Part shown: piece by piece, positions 53,061 to 64,000 of the stretch
Layout of the letters: the number at the start of each line of letters is the position of its first letter
Position numbering within the stretch: position 1 is the first letter of the stretch
From: Octopus bimaculoides
Taxonomy: Eukaryota
DNA length: 64,000 bases
Assembly: GCF_001194135.2 (NCBI RefSeq)
Contig: NC_068987.1
Coordinates: forward strand, 60,062,554-60,126,553
Reading direction: 5' to 3'
The notes under the pieces: generated by a model
The model's input: the letters and a program-made list of their open reading frames with translations, nothing else
The model's database searches: none
Told to the model about the DNA's origin: nothing
Position numbers and translations under genes: made by a program

Positions 53061-54749
53061 ATAAATATATATATATACATATATGACATGAGCTGTTCGC
53101 ATGAATTTAGATAATTCATTCTGTTGATGTAATACTGACTGACATACATAAAAATATTTTTAAACAAAATTAAATTTGCCCTTTCGAGTTGGAAAGATAC
53201 GACAAAAGCCCAGTGATAAATATTGGAGGCTGTGAAAGAACAAGGGAAATAATTTCAAGATATCATGAGTGAATATCACAGCAAATTGAATTTTCAAGCT
53301 TGACAGATGAAAACTGTCATTGTATCTAGTTTTGTTTCTTCTATTCTTTTATTGTATTATAATATACAGCAGTGTGTACAGTAATGCAAAGTTGCATAAC
53401 ACTACCATACTATGGAGAATTCTACAAAAAACAAAATAAATAAAATCTAGTAGAAAGCTATAGAATCTTTATTAGTAGCAAAATACGATAATGAACAATT
53501 TAAAATCTGTTAACGACGTTTTCATCAATCACAATATATTTCTGTAACTTGACTCCTCACCACTACACACCAACAGCAATCATTAACCTTCAATGAAAGT
53601 CGCCTCATTAAGATGACAAGACTTTTGTGAGACTCTTGAAGCGTTAATGGGTTTAGGAAGGTTGTTCTAAAAATGGACTAAAATGGACTAAAAACTAAAA
53701 ATGGACTTTGAAATGTTGATGCTCCAAATTAAACATAATAATATTAATAAAAGAAATATGAAAAATCATTAACAAAAGAATGTTAAACGCTAACGTAATC
53801 GTTGTTTTCAATATATGTTTGACAGAAAAGCTGTATTGAAATGATACCAAAACAAACATGTATGACGAAGCGGCTAAAACCGAACAAGGCGCATACGAAT
53901 ACCGGAAATGACTAATCGAATATCAAATACACATTACAACTAAGGACGTAAGAAAATCACCAATAAATTCTCAACTAAAAAATAAACACAAAAGCTTAAC
54001 CGTCTTTATGATGACAAAATATTATTGTCTACACAAGAAGATAAATGATTTAACTTCATAGTAGACACTCAGCTCTGATCAATTTCGGCACTTATTTCCA
54101 CCTTAATGGAAAGAATGATCAAAGCAGAAAATCGAATTTGAATTACTTTACCAGTCTCTCGAGCAACTTAGTGATAAAAGTATGAGACATGACGCCGAAC
54201 TGCAATATTTATTCAAGTGTGAAGGTAATTACATACAGAGATATAAACAAAAGAACCAAAATGTACTTTACGTGAAACTTAAACTCGCTCTGCTAGATCT
54301 GGATAACGATGATAATATCATATATGCAAAAACGATAAGAGCAATCAGTTTGTTATTGTGAAGAAAGGCGAAAGCAATACCATAACCGACAATATCCATT
54401 GTTACCGTATATTGGTCAAAATTAGAAAGGACCGCTCTGTTCAATCAAAAGTGAATTACAAAGAGATAATTACTGTTACAAAGAAACAGATGTGAGTTAC
54501 CCTTTTCAAATATATAGATATATAGAATAAAGGCTTAGTTCAGAATACATTGTGTTGCAGTAAAGACTCACAAACACACTAACAGCTCAAAGAAGCGGTG
54601 AACAGCATGATTGCTTGCTACTAATACGTGATAACAACAATATCTCATTTCTATCATTTCTTTCAAGGGACAAGATCGTGAAGGCCTTAAACTGAACATA
54701 CAAAGGTTGATCTTCTACACTTAACATAAAGGAATGTTTAAAATCTTTA

Positions 54750-54869
54750 ATATTATGTAAATAGAGGAATTTATCTGTAAAAATATGTGACAATTATTCG
54801 GTAGCCATGATAAAACTCCGAGTTTCGGATGCCGGGGTGGAAACCCACGCCGCCATCTCTTCAGTTATC
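54750..54869. mobile_element. Detached outer left-arm copy of the foldback MITE
   Basis: atattatgtaaatagaggaatttatctgtaa...ttattcggtagccatgataaaactccgagtttcggatgccggggtgg...ttcagttatc is the reverse complement of ~55725-55843. Confidence 0.85.
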
Positions 54870-54974
54870 TGAGCTTAAAAGGTCTGTATTTTTCTCCAAA
54901 AGCTTCTTAGAGAATAGTTCCCTTAATGGTATAGGTATGTTTTTCATAGAATAATCGAGGTAGTAGGCGTCCAT
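54870..54974 (-). mobile_element. N-terminal ORF fragment of a Penelope-like element
   Basis: MDAYYLDYSMKNIPIPLRELFSKKLLEK resembles the YS(M/L)KNIPIP...KLxEK start I recall from PLE ORFs. Confidence 0.55.
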
Positions 54975-54992
54975 ATTGAATTCTTCTGAGGG

Positions 54993-55045
<53 letters not shown>

Positions 55046-55059
55046 TATATAGGTGCAGG

Positions 55060-55215
55060 TGTGGTTATGTGGTAAGAAATTTGCTTCCCAACCACATAGT
55101 TCCGGACTCAGTTCCACTGCGTGGCACCTTGGATGTCTTCTATTGTAGCCTCGGGCCAACTAACGAGTCTCGTAAGTAGATTTGGTAGACGGAAACTGAA
55201 AGAAGCCCGTCGAAT
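55060..55215 (+). mobile_element. 5' half of family A SINE
   Basis: gtgtggttatgtggtaagaaatttgcttcccaaccacatagttccggactcagttccactgcgtggcaccttgg...ggaaactgaaagaagcccgtc. Confidence 0.9.
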
Positions 55216-55352
55216 ATGTGTGTATATATATATGTGTGTGTGTGTGTGTGCGTGTGCGTGCGTGAGCGTGTGTGCGTGCGTGCGACGGCCTTTTTTACTT
55301 TTACTTGTTTCAGTCATCAGCCGTTACCATTCTGCTTGCGTACGAAGAAGAA

Positions 55353-55853
55353 TGACACTTATTCGGTAGCCATGATAAAACTCCGAGTTTCGGATGCCGG
55401 GGTGGGAGCCCACGCCAACATCCCTTCAGTTATCCAGCCATTGAAANNNNNNNNNNGGAGCCCACGCCAACATCTCTTCAGTTATCCAGCCATTGAAAGT
55501 TCCTGTGAAAAATGACCGTTAAACAAAGAGAAATTACTGTGTGGTTGACCGTTAATAAGACAAAAGAGCTACAGACCGCTAAGTAACGGGAGGGGGTAAA
55601 GGTAAGGGAGTAGAAAAGTCTATACTTAGTGGTCTATGGCTCTTTTGTCTTAATAACGGTCAACCACACAGTAATTTCCCTTTGTTTAACGGTCATTTTT
55701 CACAGGAATTTTCAATGGCCAGGTAACTGAATAGATGTTGGTGTGGGTTCCCACCCCGGCATCCGAAACTCGGAGTTTTATCATGGCTACCGAATAATTG
55801 TCACATATTATATTTACAGATAAATTCCTCTATTTACATAATATCGAGGTCTC
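55353..55853. mobile_element. Foldback (palindromic) MITE: arms 55353-55585 / 55623-55853, 37-nt purine-rich loop
   Basis: The arms are near-perfect reverse complements (e.g. gaaaaatgaccgttaaacaaag.gaaattactgtgtggttgaccgtt / aacggtcaaccacacagtaatttccctttgtttaacggtcatttttc); the right end is tatcgaggtctc. Confidence 0.9.
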
Positions 55854-55890
55854 TTTCTTTCTTTTGTTGTCCTTTCTATCAATACATATA

Positions 55891-56308
55891 TATGGCTGTG
55901 TGGTAAGTAGCTTGCTGACCAACCACATGGTTCTGGGTTCAATCCCACTCGTGGCACCTTGGGCCAATGTCTTCTACTATAGCCTCGGGCCGACCAAAGC
56001 TTTGTGAGTGGATTTAGTAGACGGAAACTGAAAGAAGCCCGTCGAATATATGTATATATATATGTATGTATGTATGTGTGTGTGTGTGTGTATATGTTAG
56101 TGTGTCTGTGTTTGTCCCCCCAACATCGCTTGACAACCGATGGTGGTGTGTTTACGTCCCCGTAACATAGCGGTTCGGCAAAAGAGACCGATAGAATAAG
56201 TACTAGGCTTCCAAAGAATAAGTCCTAGGGTCGACTTGATCGACTAGAGGCGGTGCTCCAGCACGGCCGCAGTCAAATGACTGAAACAAATAAAAGAGTA
56301 AAAGAGAG
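55891..56308 (+). mobile_element. Full-length CORE-like tRNA SINE (family A reference copy)
   Basis: tggctgtgtggtaag (A box), gggttcaatccc (B box), gcaccttgggccaatgtctt (CORE-like), (TA/TG) spacer, 3' domain ending aaataaaagagtaaaagag. Confidence 0.92.
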
Positions 56309-58338
56309 AATATATATCCCTTTATAGTGTTCATTATTTCTAGAAAAGCATATTATGATGTTAAAATGGTATCTACCTTTTTGTGACTTAGAAAAACATG
56401 TATGGATACGTTGCATGCGAGTTATTTGTTATTTAGGCTTTTTCACAACAGATATAGTAACGTTCAAGTAAGCAGTCCAGAATATTAATTATGAATATCT
56501 TCCTTGAGGTGTAATATAATTACTTAGGAATACACGTCTGACTGAATAAATTATGCATAGAAAATAATATTAGCTGGTGTAAATTACAGCGTTACGACTC
56601 TTCTAACATTAATTTTCATTCATATATTGGATGAGTGACTAGTTCGTTTTTATTCACCAGCTCATTCTGGTATTGTCTAGTTTAGGTGATATCTTTGGCT
56701 CTAAATTAGTCTTGAAATTTAATGACACCAATAGAAATGAATTTGCAATAAACCAAGTTCTAATGAATTATTTCAATGTTGCATTACCGTGAACAACTTC
56801 ACCGTTTTTTAAATAAATATCATTAATATAGTAATCTGGCTGTTTGGTTAACACACGTAGTGGTCTTTGATTCGATCCATTGTGTGGCACCTTAATCAAA
56901 TGTCTAGCGTGTGGAACTGGAAAACTTAACTATTAGATAGAAATCGATCAATAAAATGAGTACTATGAAACGAATCACTGGTGCTAACAGGATAGACTTA
57001 AGCCTTTGAAGATGGTGCCTCATCATAGACGCAGTTCAATGGTTGGAAACAAGAGAAAGAAAAAAGAAAGAATAATATATTCAATTCTATACTTCTCGAT
57101 AAAATTTAGTCTTGTACCAAATCGTAAGCTATCACGTTTTCAGCATTTAAGAGTGGTGAAGATAGTATACATTATATTCCTTAATTTGTTATCAGAGATT
57201 AGATTTAAATAGCCAAACAGACGGCAATGTTCGTTTCCTATTTTCGCCTATCCCAACCCCCATTTCAATTTACAATAAACAACTTTAGCAGGGAATAACA
57301 TGACATTTTCCATTTCCCAAAGTCAACAGGCATGGGATGTTGCGCTAATTCAACCAATTCAGTTTGGCCCATCATGGAACGTAATTCAGTCCACTGCCCA
57401 TCTAAATATGCTTAGTTTTACGCTCTTCCGTATACATTGGTGTACGCGTGTGTGTGTGTGCGCGCGTCTAAATACCAAGTTACTGCTGTGTGTAAAAAAT
57501 GTACTGTGAATTCAATTAGAACTTATACATTACTGCTACTTATTTTGAAAAATACAAATCCTAAAGCGAATAACAAACTTTTTCTCGAATATAAATCGAG
57601 TAATTGAACCAGCTAGGAGAAGCTGATGATCGAAGGTTGTAATGGACAGAGATTTGTGTGTCACATAGCTAGCTAGAGGCGATGGAACTAATCAACGGCA
57701 GCATTCGTCCTAGTTCTCTGGACTGCCATGTTAGCTTAGCGATAAATATTAATACCTAGTACTGCTGCCGTAGTCTCCTTTAGAGAGATTTAGAAATAAT
57801 AATATTTCTATAAATCGAGTAATCCTGGACATCAATTATCTGAATATCATGGTGAATTGAAGTTTGTAAACTTTGTATGCATTTACAGCGTAACAGACTG
57901 AGCGAAAGATGAATGTTATTGACGTAAACGTCATGAAGGAAGCTGTTAATGAAAATTGCCAAATAGCTTGTCTGTAATAGGGCACACTAACAAATCATCC
58001 TGCTGTGTAGTAATGTATATAAGTTTATATATACGTTCGTTTTCATTTTTAAGTAATAAAGTAAATTATTCCGTTGATAGTATATATTATAAGTGAAAGA
58101 ATGTGTCTCGGCGCGCGTGTGTGTGTGTGTATACAATTATGTATGCATTTATGTGTATATCAACATATTTACATATGAGAGAATCTGTGTGCGTGTGTGT
58201 GTGTGTGTGTAAAAATCCCGGTTTACTCGTCTTCATTCATGTAACATTGATTTAATTATATACACCTGCACATATACACACAAATGTATGCATGGACGCA
58301 TATATCTATGTAGCTATGCATTGTGCATGTAGGAATAC

Positions 58339-58464
58339 AACTTTGTATGCATCTTTGTATGCAACTTTGTATGCAAATTGTATGCATCTTTGTATGCATC
58401 TTTGTATGCAACTTTGTATGCAACTTGTATGCATCTTTGTATGCATCTTTGTATGCAACTTTGT
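58339..58464 (+). repeat. 12-bp minisatellite (tttgtatgca[tc/ac])n, ~10 units
   Basis: Seen directly; two unit variants are interleaved. Confidence 0.95.
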
Positions 58465-58576
58465 GTCCATCTATGTCGACGTACATATATGTAAAAGTGC
58501 GCATGTGTTATGTGTGTACGTTTGCCAGTCTATGAACTTAAGGTCGTTTATATATTCTTTTTCAATATAATCTTCC

Positions 58577-58579
<3 letters not shown>

Positions 58580-58642
<63 letters not shown>
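58580..58642 (+). repeat. (GA)n microsatellite
   Basis: Seen directly. Confidence 0.98.
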
Positions 58643-58648
<6 letters not shown>

Positions 58649-59028
58649 AGACAGAAAGAAAGAGCGAGAGAGCAATCAATATAATTTTAAACGGATTCTT
58701 CTTTATTCAGTTTATCATTTATTCAATTTTCAAATAAATCTATTTTTAAACGCATCAGAAGTTAATTATCGTAATTCATTCAGTAAAATTTGCAAAGAAT
58801 TGGCATCAAAGCAGTACCGCTGGGCTTTAGTCTAACAAAAAAAAATCCTATTACCATTTTGTTGTACACTTGCCATGTTTGCAACGCTGTATATCTTGAA
58901 AAAAAAATTTGACTTAGTTTACATGAAAAATTTATTTAGTTGCTGTATACTAACAGGAAAATCGAAAATATATATATAGAGAGAGAGATATGTTGCATCT
59001 AACATAGGAATTATATATTTATATCATC

Positions 59029-59310
59029 TTTTACTTGTTTCAGTCATTAGACAGCTGTCTTTCTGAAAGTTGTTTTAGTCAAACGTCACGACGTCAACAC
59101 TTTTTGTCAATGGGTTTCTGTGCCAAAACGCTAAGTTGCAGCGACGCAAAACAACCAGCACCATTGTGTATATACGACAGGCTTCATTCAGTTTCTTTCA
59201 ACCAAATCCGCTCACTATGGTTTATTCGGCTCGCGGCTATAGTAGAAGACACTCAGCCAATGTGCTACGCGGTGAAACTGAACCCTGAACCATGTGACAG
59301 GGAAGTCACA
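59029..59310 (-). mobile_element. Degenerate family A SINE lacking the internal microsatellite
   Basis: ttacttgtttcagtcattagac...cggctatagtagaagacactc...gaaccatgtg, the reverse complement of both halves. Confidence 0.8.
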
Positions 59311-59353
59311 TATATGTGTGCGTGTGTGTGTATTTGTGTGTGAGTGTGTGTAC

Positions 59354-59412
<59 letters not shown>

Positions 59413-59882
59413 TTTTAAGGCAGAAAGTCAAAACAAGACTTATCTCCTCCATACTGAATTAATGTCGAAGCATTTGATTTTTATCATTAACATGATTAAC
59501 ATTAACATACAGATTCCGTATGTCAGACTGTATGTGTGTGCGATCTCTGTGGTAGGTGATTCCCAAAGACTCATCCCTTTTATGATGCTCCCCAGTATCT
59601 TCTTACTTTGTGGAATGGACATGATGGATATCATTTCAGTATTCTACATATTGAACCTGCAACACGAGAGCCAATTACAAAGCAAAAGGTGTTGTCAAAT
59701 GACTTCTATTCTTACCAACTGATGTTAAGGCCACAACTATCAAATCAATTACACATGTATCGTATTCTATTTCAACAATACTTGGTTGATATGTATGTTA
59801 AAGTTGAGAGTGAGAGTCTCCTCTACATTCGTAACAATCAAAAAAGTTAAGGGCTAAAAATCATAACACTACAACAAATCTC

Positions 59883-60464
59883 GGATCTTTTTTAAAACGG
59901 GGGCCACATTTTTCATTAACGAAACACTTTGAAACTTGGAACACTGGTAGAATGTGTCATATAAAACATCTTTTTCTCTTAGTCTTCTTTAAAAAAAAAA
60001 GAAATCCATAAGTTATTCCATGTTAAAGTTGTCGTATTTCTGTAATTTCAACCAATCACTGACGTCCATTCCTGCCGCTATACATTAAGTGCCGACTACA
60101 TAAACAAACGATTCTGAAACAATTAACCCTAACCCTAACCCTAACCCTAACCTTAGGGTTAGGGTTAGGGTTAAAGCAAATTTAAAATGAAAAAAGCAAA
60201 TAAAACGAAGGTATGGAGATTAAATACGCTTTACATCGCTTAATCAGCCAAAGGAGTAAATGTAAACAACTGAATACTTGTCAGTGATTGGTTGAAATTA
60301 TCGAAATAAGACAATTTTTTACATGAAATAAATTCGAATACGAAAATATTTTTCTGTTCTATAACACAAAATAGATAAGTATACGAAGTTTGAAAGTCTT
60401 TCCGTACCAAAAATACTACGTAAAACATTAATGAAAAATGTGGCCCCCGTTTTAAAATAGATCC
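59883..60464. mobile_element. 582-bp non-autonomous TIR element (Merlin-like MITE) with 8-bp TSD and central telomere-repeat hairpin
   Basis: 37-bp TIRs ggatct(t/a)ttttaaaacgggggccacatttttcattaa (59883-59919; 60428-60464, 1 mismatch); TSD caaat(c/t)tc at 59875-82 and 60465-72; inner inverted repeat ~60029-64/60277-314; (TAACCC)4TAACC(TTAGGG)3 at 60124-60170. Confidence 0.85.
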
Positions 60465-60782
60465 CAAATTTCGGGGTCAAGAAAAAAACATAGTTCTCAT
60501 GTACATTTATTTATGAAGTTTATTGTGCTAAATTCAAATTTTCTAACAAATTTCCTATCACGTCACATTTTCTTGTAAATTACCGACTTAACAACCATGC
60601 AATCTCTACCTATTTCCACAATACCATAAATTTAGTTTGCTCCTAAAGTCGGATTAAATATGTCCATTGTAATTAATTCATAAATATATAATGAATCGGC
60701 ATGTTTGTTAGCATTATATAATGTATTAACCTACATTTTAGTATTTACTTCTTCGTTTATAAGACTCTCAGGTTTGTCACAC

Positions 60783-61088
60783 TTCAGGTTCCAGCAGAAG
60801 TCAGCCAACATAGCTGGGCTCCATTTTCCCTAATGCCTGTTTTCCACTGACGCTATATCTTGATGGAATCTTTTTCCATGTTCATTACTCATCTCCTGCA
60901 TTCACTGAGAAAAAGGACAGATGAAAATGAAGAAAGTGTATCTTCAGTGACATATTGCATCTGAGAACTTGGTAGCACTTGATTAGGCTCTGCACTATAC
61001 TCTCTCGCTGGGCCACTTGGTGCTTTCCCAGAAGTCCTGTGCAAACATCTTTGAATGCATGCCAGGCCGCTAACTCGGTTTCATCCAT
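60783..61088 (-). mobile_element. Chapaev3-like (CMC) transposase C-terminal relic
   Basis: AWHAFKDVCTGLLG...LRCNMSLKIHFLHFHLSFF, then after a frameshift SNEHGKRFHQDIASVENRH*GKWSPAMLADFCWNLK, matching the MSLKIHFLHSHLDFF...DEHGERFHQDI...LADYCW signature. Confidence 0.75.
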
Positions 61089-63324
61089 TGTCGCCTAGAA
61101 ATCTCCATCAGCTATAAGTTGACGAATTTGCCTCTTTAATCGATTAAAAATTCTTCAAGGTGGTGTCCCAGCATGCCGCAGTCTAGAGACTTAAACAAGT
61201 TGTAGAGTAAAGATAAAAGATTAAATTATGTTTCCTAATATTCCGCCACCCTTACAGTCAGAAAGATTGCAATGCCTTTCAATTCGATCATGTCTATTCA
61301 ATCAACGTTGTGCAGAAGCTAAATAATAGCAACTAGTTATCGAACAACTTAGGTAAAAAGTAATAGAAAATCATTCAAAGATTCGATTTTTGTTCTTTAA
61401 TAATTCATAGCTCGGTCACCAAGTTTAATAATTGCAAAAGGTTGTCTGCAAGAAGCTAAATAAGAAACTAACCAGCATGCTGTCAACGGTAATCAATATC
61501 TTTATCTAATTCTTTAACATTAAACGCCTTTTCACCTGTGAACGAAATTTTCACTTTCAGTAGAATTTTATCGTTTATTGAATTTGTTTATGTCTTGAAA
61601 CATATTTAAAAACAGTCAGTCGACTGTTACTGTTCTCATTTTCCTTCGAAAAATGATAATCTGTGAATAACTTACAATCTGCTATTTTCACACTCTTTCT
61701 AAACTAATGAGCAAAGTCAAATAAGATGTCACACAAACTGACAGTTAATTTTATCACCTCAACAGTACTATAAAACACAGTTTGTTACCTAATTAATGCC
61801 AGCTGTTTAACAGATGTATTAATTGAGACATCGTAAATTCGACAAATGACACTTTACTTCGGAATGCCATTGTTTACTGCAGTAATTTGGTGTCTGAAAT
61901 GGGAAAGCAATAGTGTATATGCAATTAACAATCGTCATCAGATTACTTAGTCCCTTTAATGTTTCATGAAAGAGATGTTGGACAATTGTAATAATTGTGC
62001 TGCTATTCGTGTTGCTGTTGTTTTTAAGCACAAGTAAACCCCGATCAAACAGACATACTGTACCTATGTACAATATCAATTGTCTAGGTACGATCTATAA
62101 ATCTATCATTTTATATATAATACATTCCTTCACCTAGTTGGTGATTATATAGCCACTCTGACAAGCAGTTCAGTATGTGTTAGACCGACCGTGCTGTTTT
62201 TTAAAAATTTTATTTAATCTTCGGCCCTTATCGCCTTCCTCACTTCCGACTGCCAGTAAAATGTGGGTCTCGGTATGTCTATGATCAAAAGCGTTTCTAT
62301 ATTTTCTTTCCAAACACAATATATTTGGAATTACATTGTTTAATGTGCCCATCATCATTTACGAAAGTAGCGTGTGATTTTCTGAATATTTTGTTGCTAT
62401 TACTGAATTCTACAGGACACACACTACTGCGACGATGTGACTTAGGGATAGTGGCATTATTAAAATAATGATGGGAACTGTAGTAGAATGTTGCAAATGT
62501 ATGATCTTTTGATACATATAAGATAGATTTCGTTTGACATAACTCAGTGCCACTTTCAAACCAGATAGAAATATAAGAAGACAATAAATCACGACATATA
62601 ATTAGAAATCATTTTATAAACCTGAAGCTAAGAAAAATGAAATCGAACATGGAGGGATATGATGCCAGATCAAAACAAAATAGGGGTGGCTGTCGTCGTA
62701 ATTTTGCTGTTGTTACCATGTGCGCATAAGCGAAAGCAAGGTGTTGTAATCACTTGTCTTTGTTTGTCTGTGTTTGCAAAATTACTGGAACACGACTGAA
62801 CGGGTTTTCGCCACATTTGACAGAAATACTCTATGGGTGAGCGGATCGAAATGATGAACATTTGATTTCATTATCTTAAAATATATATACATATTAATCA
62901 AACTTATCAAACTTACATATTTCCCTATAAGCAAGTGGTCATATTATTTTGCTCACTTTCTTTTTTCATATGAATCGACCTTCGTCAGCGTGTGTATAGA
63001 TCATGGTGTTCCTATACGCATAGACATGTGTGCGTACATACATACATACAACCATACATACATGCGACTGTGTGTGTGTATGTGTGTGCGCGAATATATG
63101 TATGTGTACACTGATTTATTTACGAGTTGATTTCTTCATTTCGCCGGAGTATAAATACCTATAATGGTGATACTTTAAAAAAAATTAATTCAGTTCAGTT
63201 AAGAGATGGGATATAACGCATTGTAAGACATATTATAAATTGCGAAAAAAATTATCTGCGTGCAGGGTATGCATAGCCCCTCCGATGCCTTTTTTTGTTA
63301 TTTTTTTCATTAATGTTACTGTTA

Positions 63325-63515
63325 CTGTTGTTGTTAATGATGTTATCATTTAGCCTTAGATCAGTCTTGATCGGCGAAAACTTTGGTAGCACTTTTTCTG
63401 TTATTCCAAAATAGTGTATCCGTTACCATACTATTTGATGTGTTAATTCCTTATATTTACAGATAGTAGAATGCGAGCTAAAAATGGATTTAGTCGCTAC
63501 TTCTGATAGGTCGAA
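63325..63515 (-). mobile_element. Diverged 3' body/tail related to the 5S-headed SINE
   Basis: Minus strand ...gatcaagactgatctaaggctaaatg..aacaacaac resembles the 29065-29100 tail; upstream agaagtagcgactaaatcc resembles the 29200-29240 body. Confidence 0.5.
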
Positions 63516-63724
63516 AAACAATGGAGACACTCCCTAATTTTTTTTTCCGGAATAAGTGTTTATTTTTTTTTCTTTTCTCTCTCTCTCTTAAAATTTTTTA
63601 TCACATCGTCTGCTTTATCTTTTCCTTCAGGACAGTTTCTTGATTCCACGTGTGAGCCAATATAAAACATTTCTCAGATTATAGCGAAGGAATCAGAAGA
63701 AACAATAATACTAATTGACATGGT

Positions 63725-63935
63725 AAGGAGGCGGGCTGGCAGAGTCGTTACCACACCGGTAAAATGCTTAGCGGCATTTTTCCTGGGTTTACGTTCTGTG
63801 CTTAAACACGAACAGAGTCGACCTTGCCTTCCGTCCCTTCGGGTTTGATGAAATAAGTACTAGGTGAGTAATGGAGTCGATGTAATCGACTAACCCCTAC
63901 CAACAAAATTTCAAGCCTTGTACTTGTTGCAGAAA
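63725..63935 (+). mobile_element. Family B SINE
   Basis: aggaggcgggctggcagagtcgtta...gtcgaccttgccttccgtcccttcggg...gtcgatgtaatcgact...aaaatttcaagccttgtac. Confidence 0.85.
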
Positions 63936-64000
63936 AAAATTTTATTGACATGGTTAGTCATGGCTACATCACACTAACGGTTAGTCACTGTTACTGATAC

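Noticed and set aside
55405-55498. 42-bp tandem duplication
   Set aside because: The two copies directly flank a 10-N gap, typical of unmerged contig overlap or allelic ends.
60124-60174. Telomere-telomere fusion scar
   Set aside because: The orientation is CCCTAA then TTAGGG (a fusion gives TTAGGG then CCCTAA), it is very short, and it sits inside a TIR/TSD-bounded element.

Overview
AT-rich eukaryotic (animal) genomic DNA from a gapped short-read-type assembly, with 12 N-runs, several next to microsatellites. The repeat families look like those I recall from coleoid cephalopods, most likely Octopus (inference from memory, not a database search). No intact protein-coding gene, functional rRNA/tRNA gene or CRISPR array is supported. 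The supplied ORFs are mostly microsatellite/N-gap artefacts, and the remainder are decayed transposon fragments or unassigned. The window is intron/intergenic-like and is packed with: (i) tRNA-derived SINEs of at least four types plus a 5S-rRNA-derived SINE; (ii) decayed DNA transposons (two maT/DD37D-like Tc1-mariner elements, three mariner-type relics, a Chapaev3-like relic) and several MITE/foldback elements; (iii) relics of R4/Dong-like, Tx1/L1-like, Penelope-like and possibly Gypsy retroelements; (iv) dense simple repeats. The most notable object is at 5271-5695: a short non-coding element with a Pol III tRNA-like head, an (AAT/AAC)n spacer and a Penelope-type minimal hammerhead ribozyme, preceded by an inverted partial copy of the same ribozyme module. 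It is a candidate ribozyme-bearing SINE/retrozyme. Other highlights are a second degenerate hammerhead (1044-1079), an 8-bp-TSD MITE carrying a (CCCTAA)n(TTAGGG)n hairpin (59883-60464), a 5S-headed SINE, modular head/tail swapping among SINEs, an internally inverted maT element, and a speculative chain of small + strand exons. Coordinates of degenerate elements are approximate.
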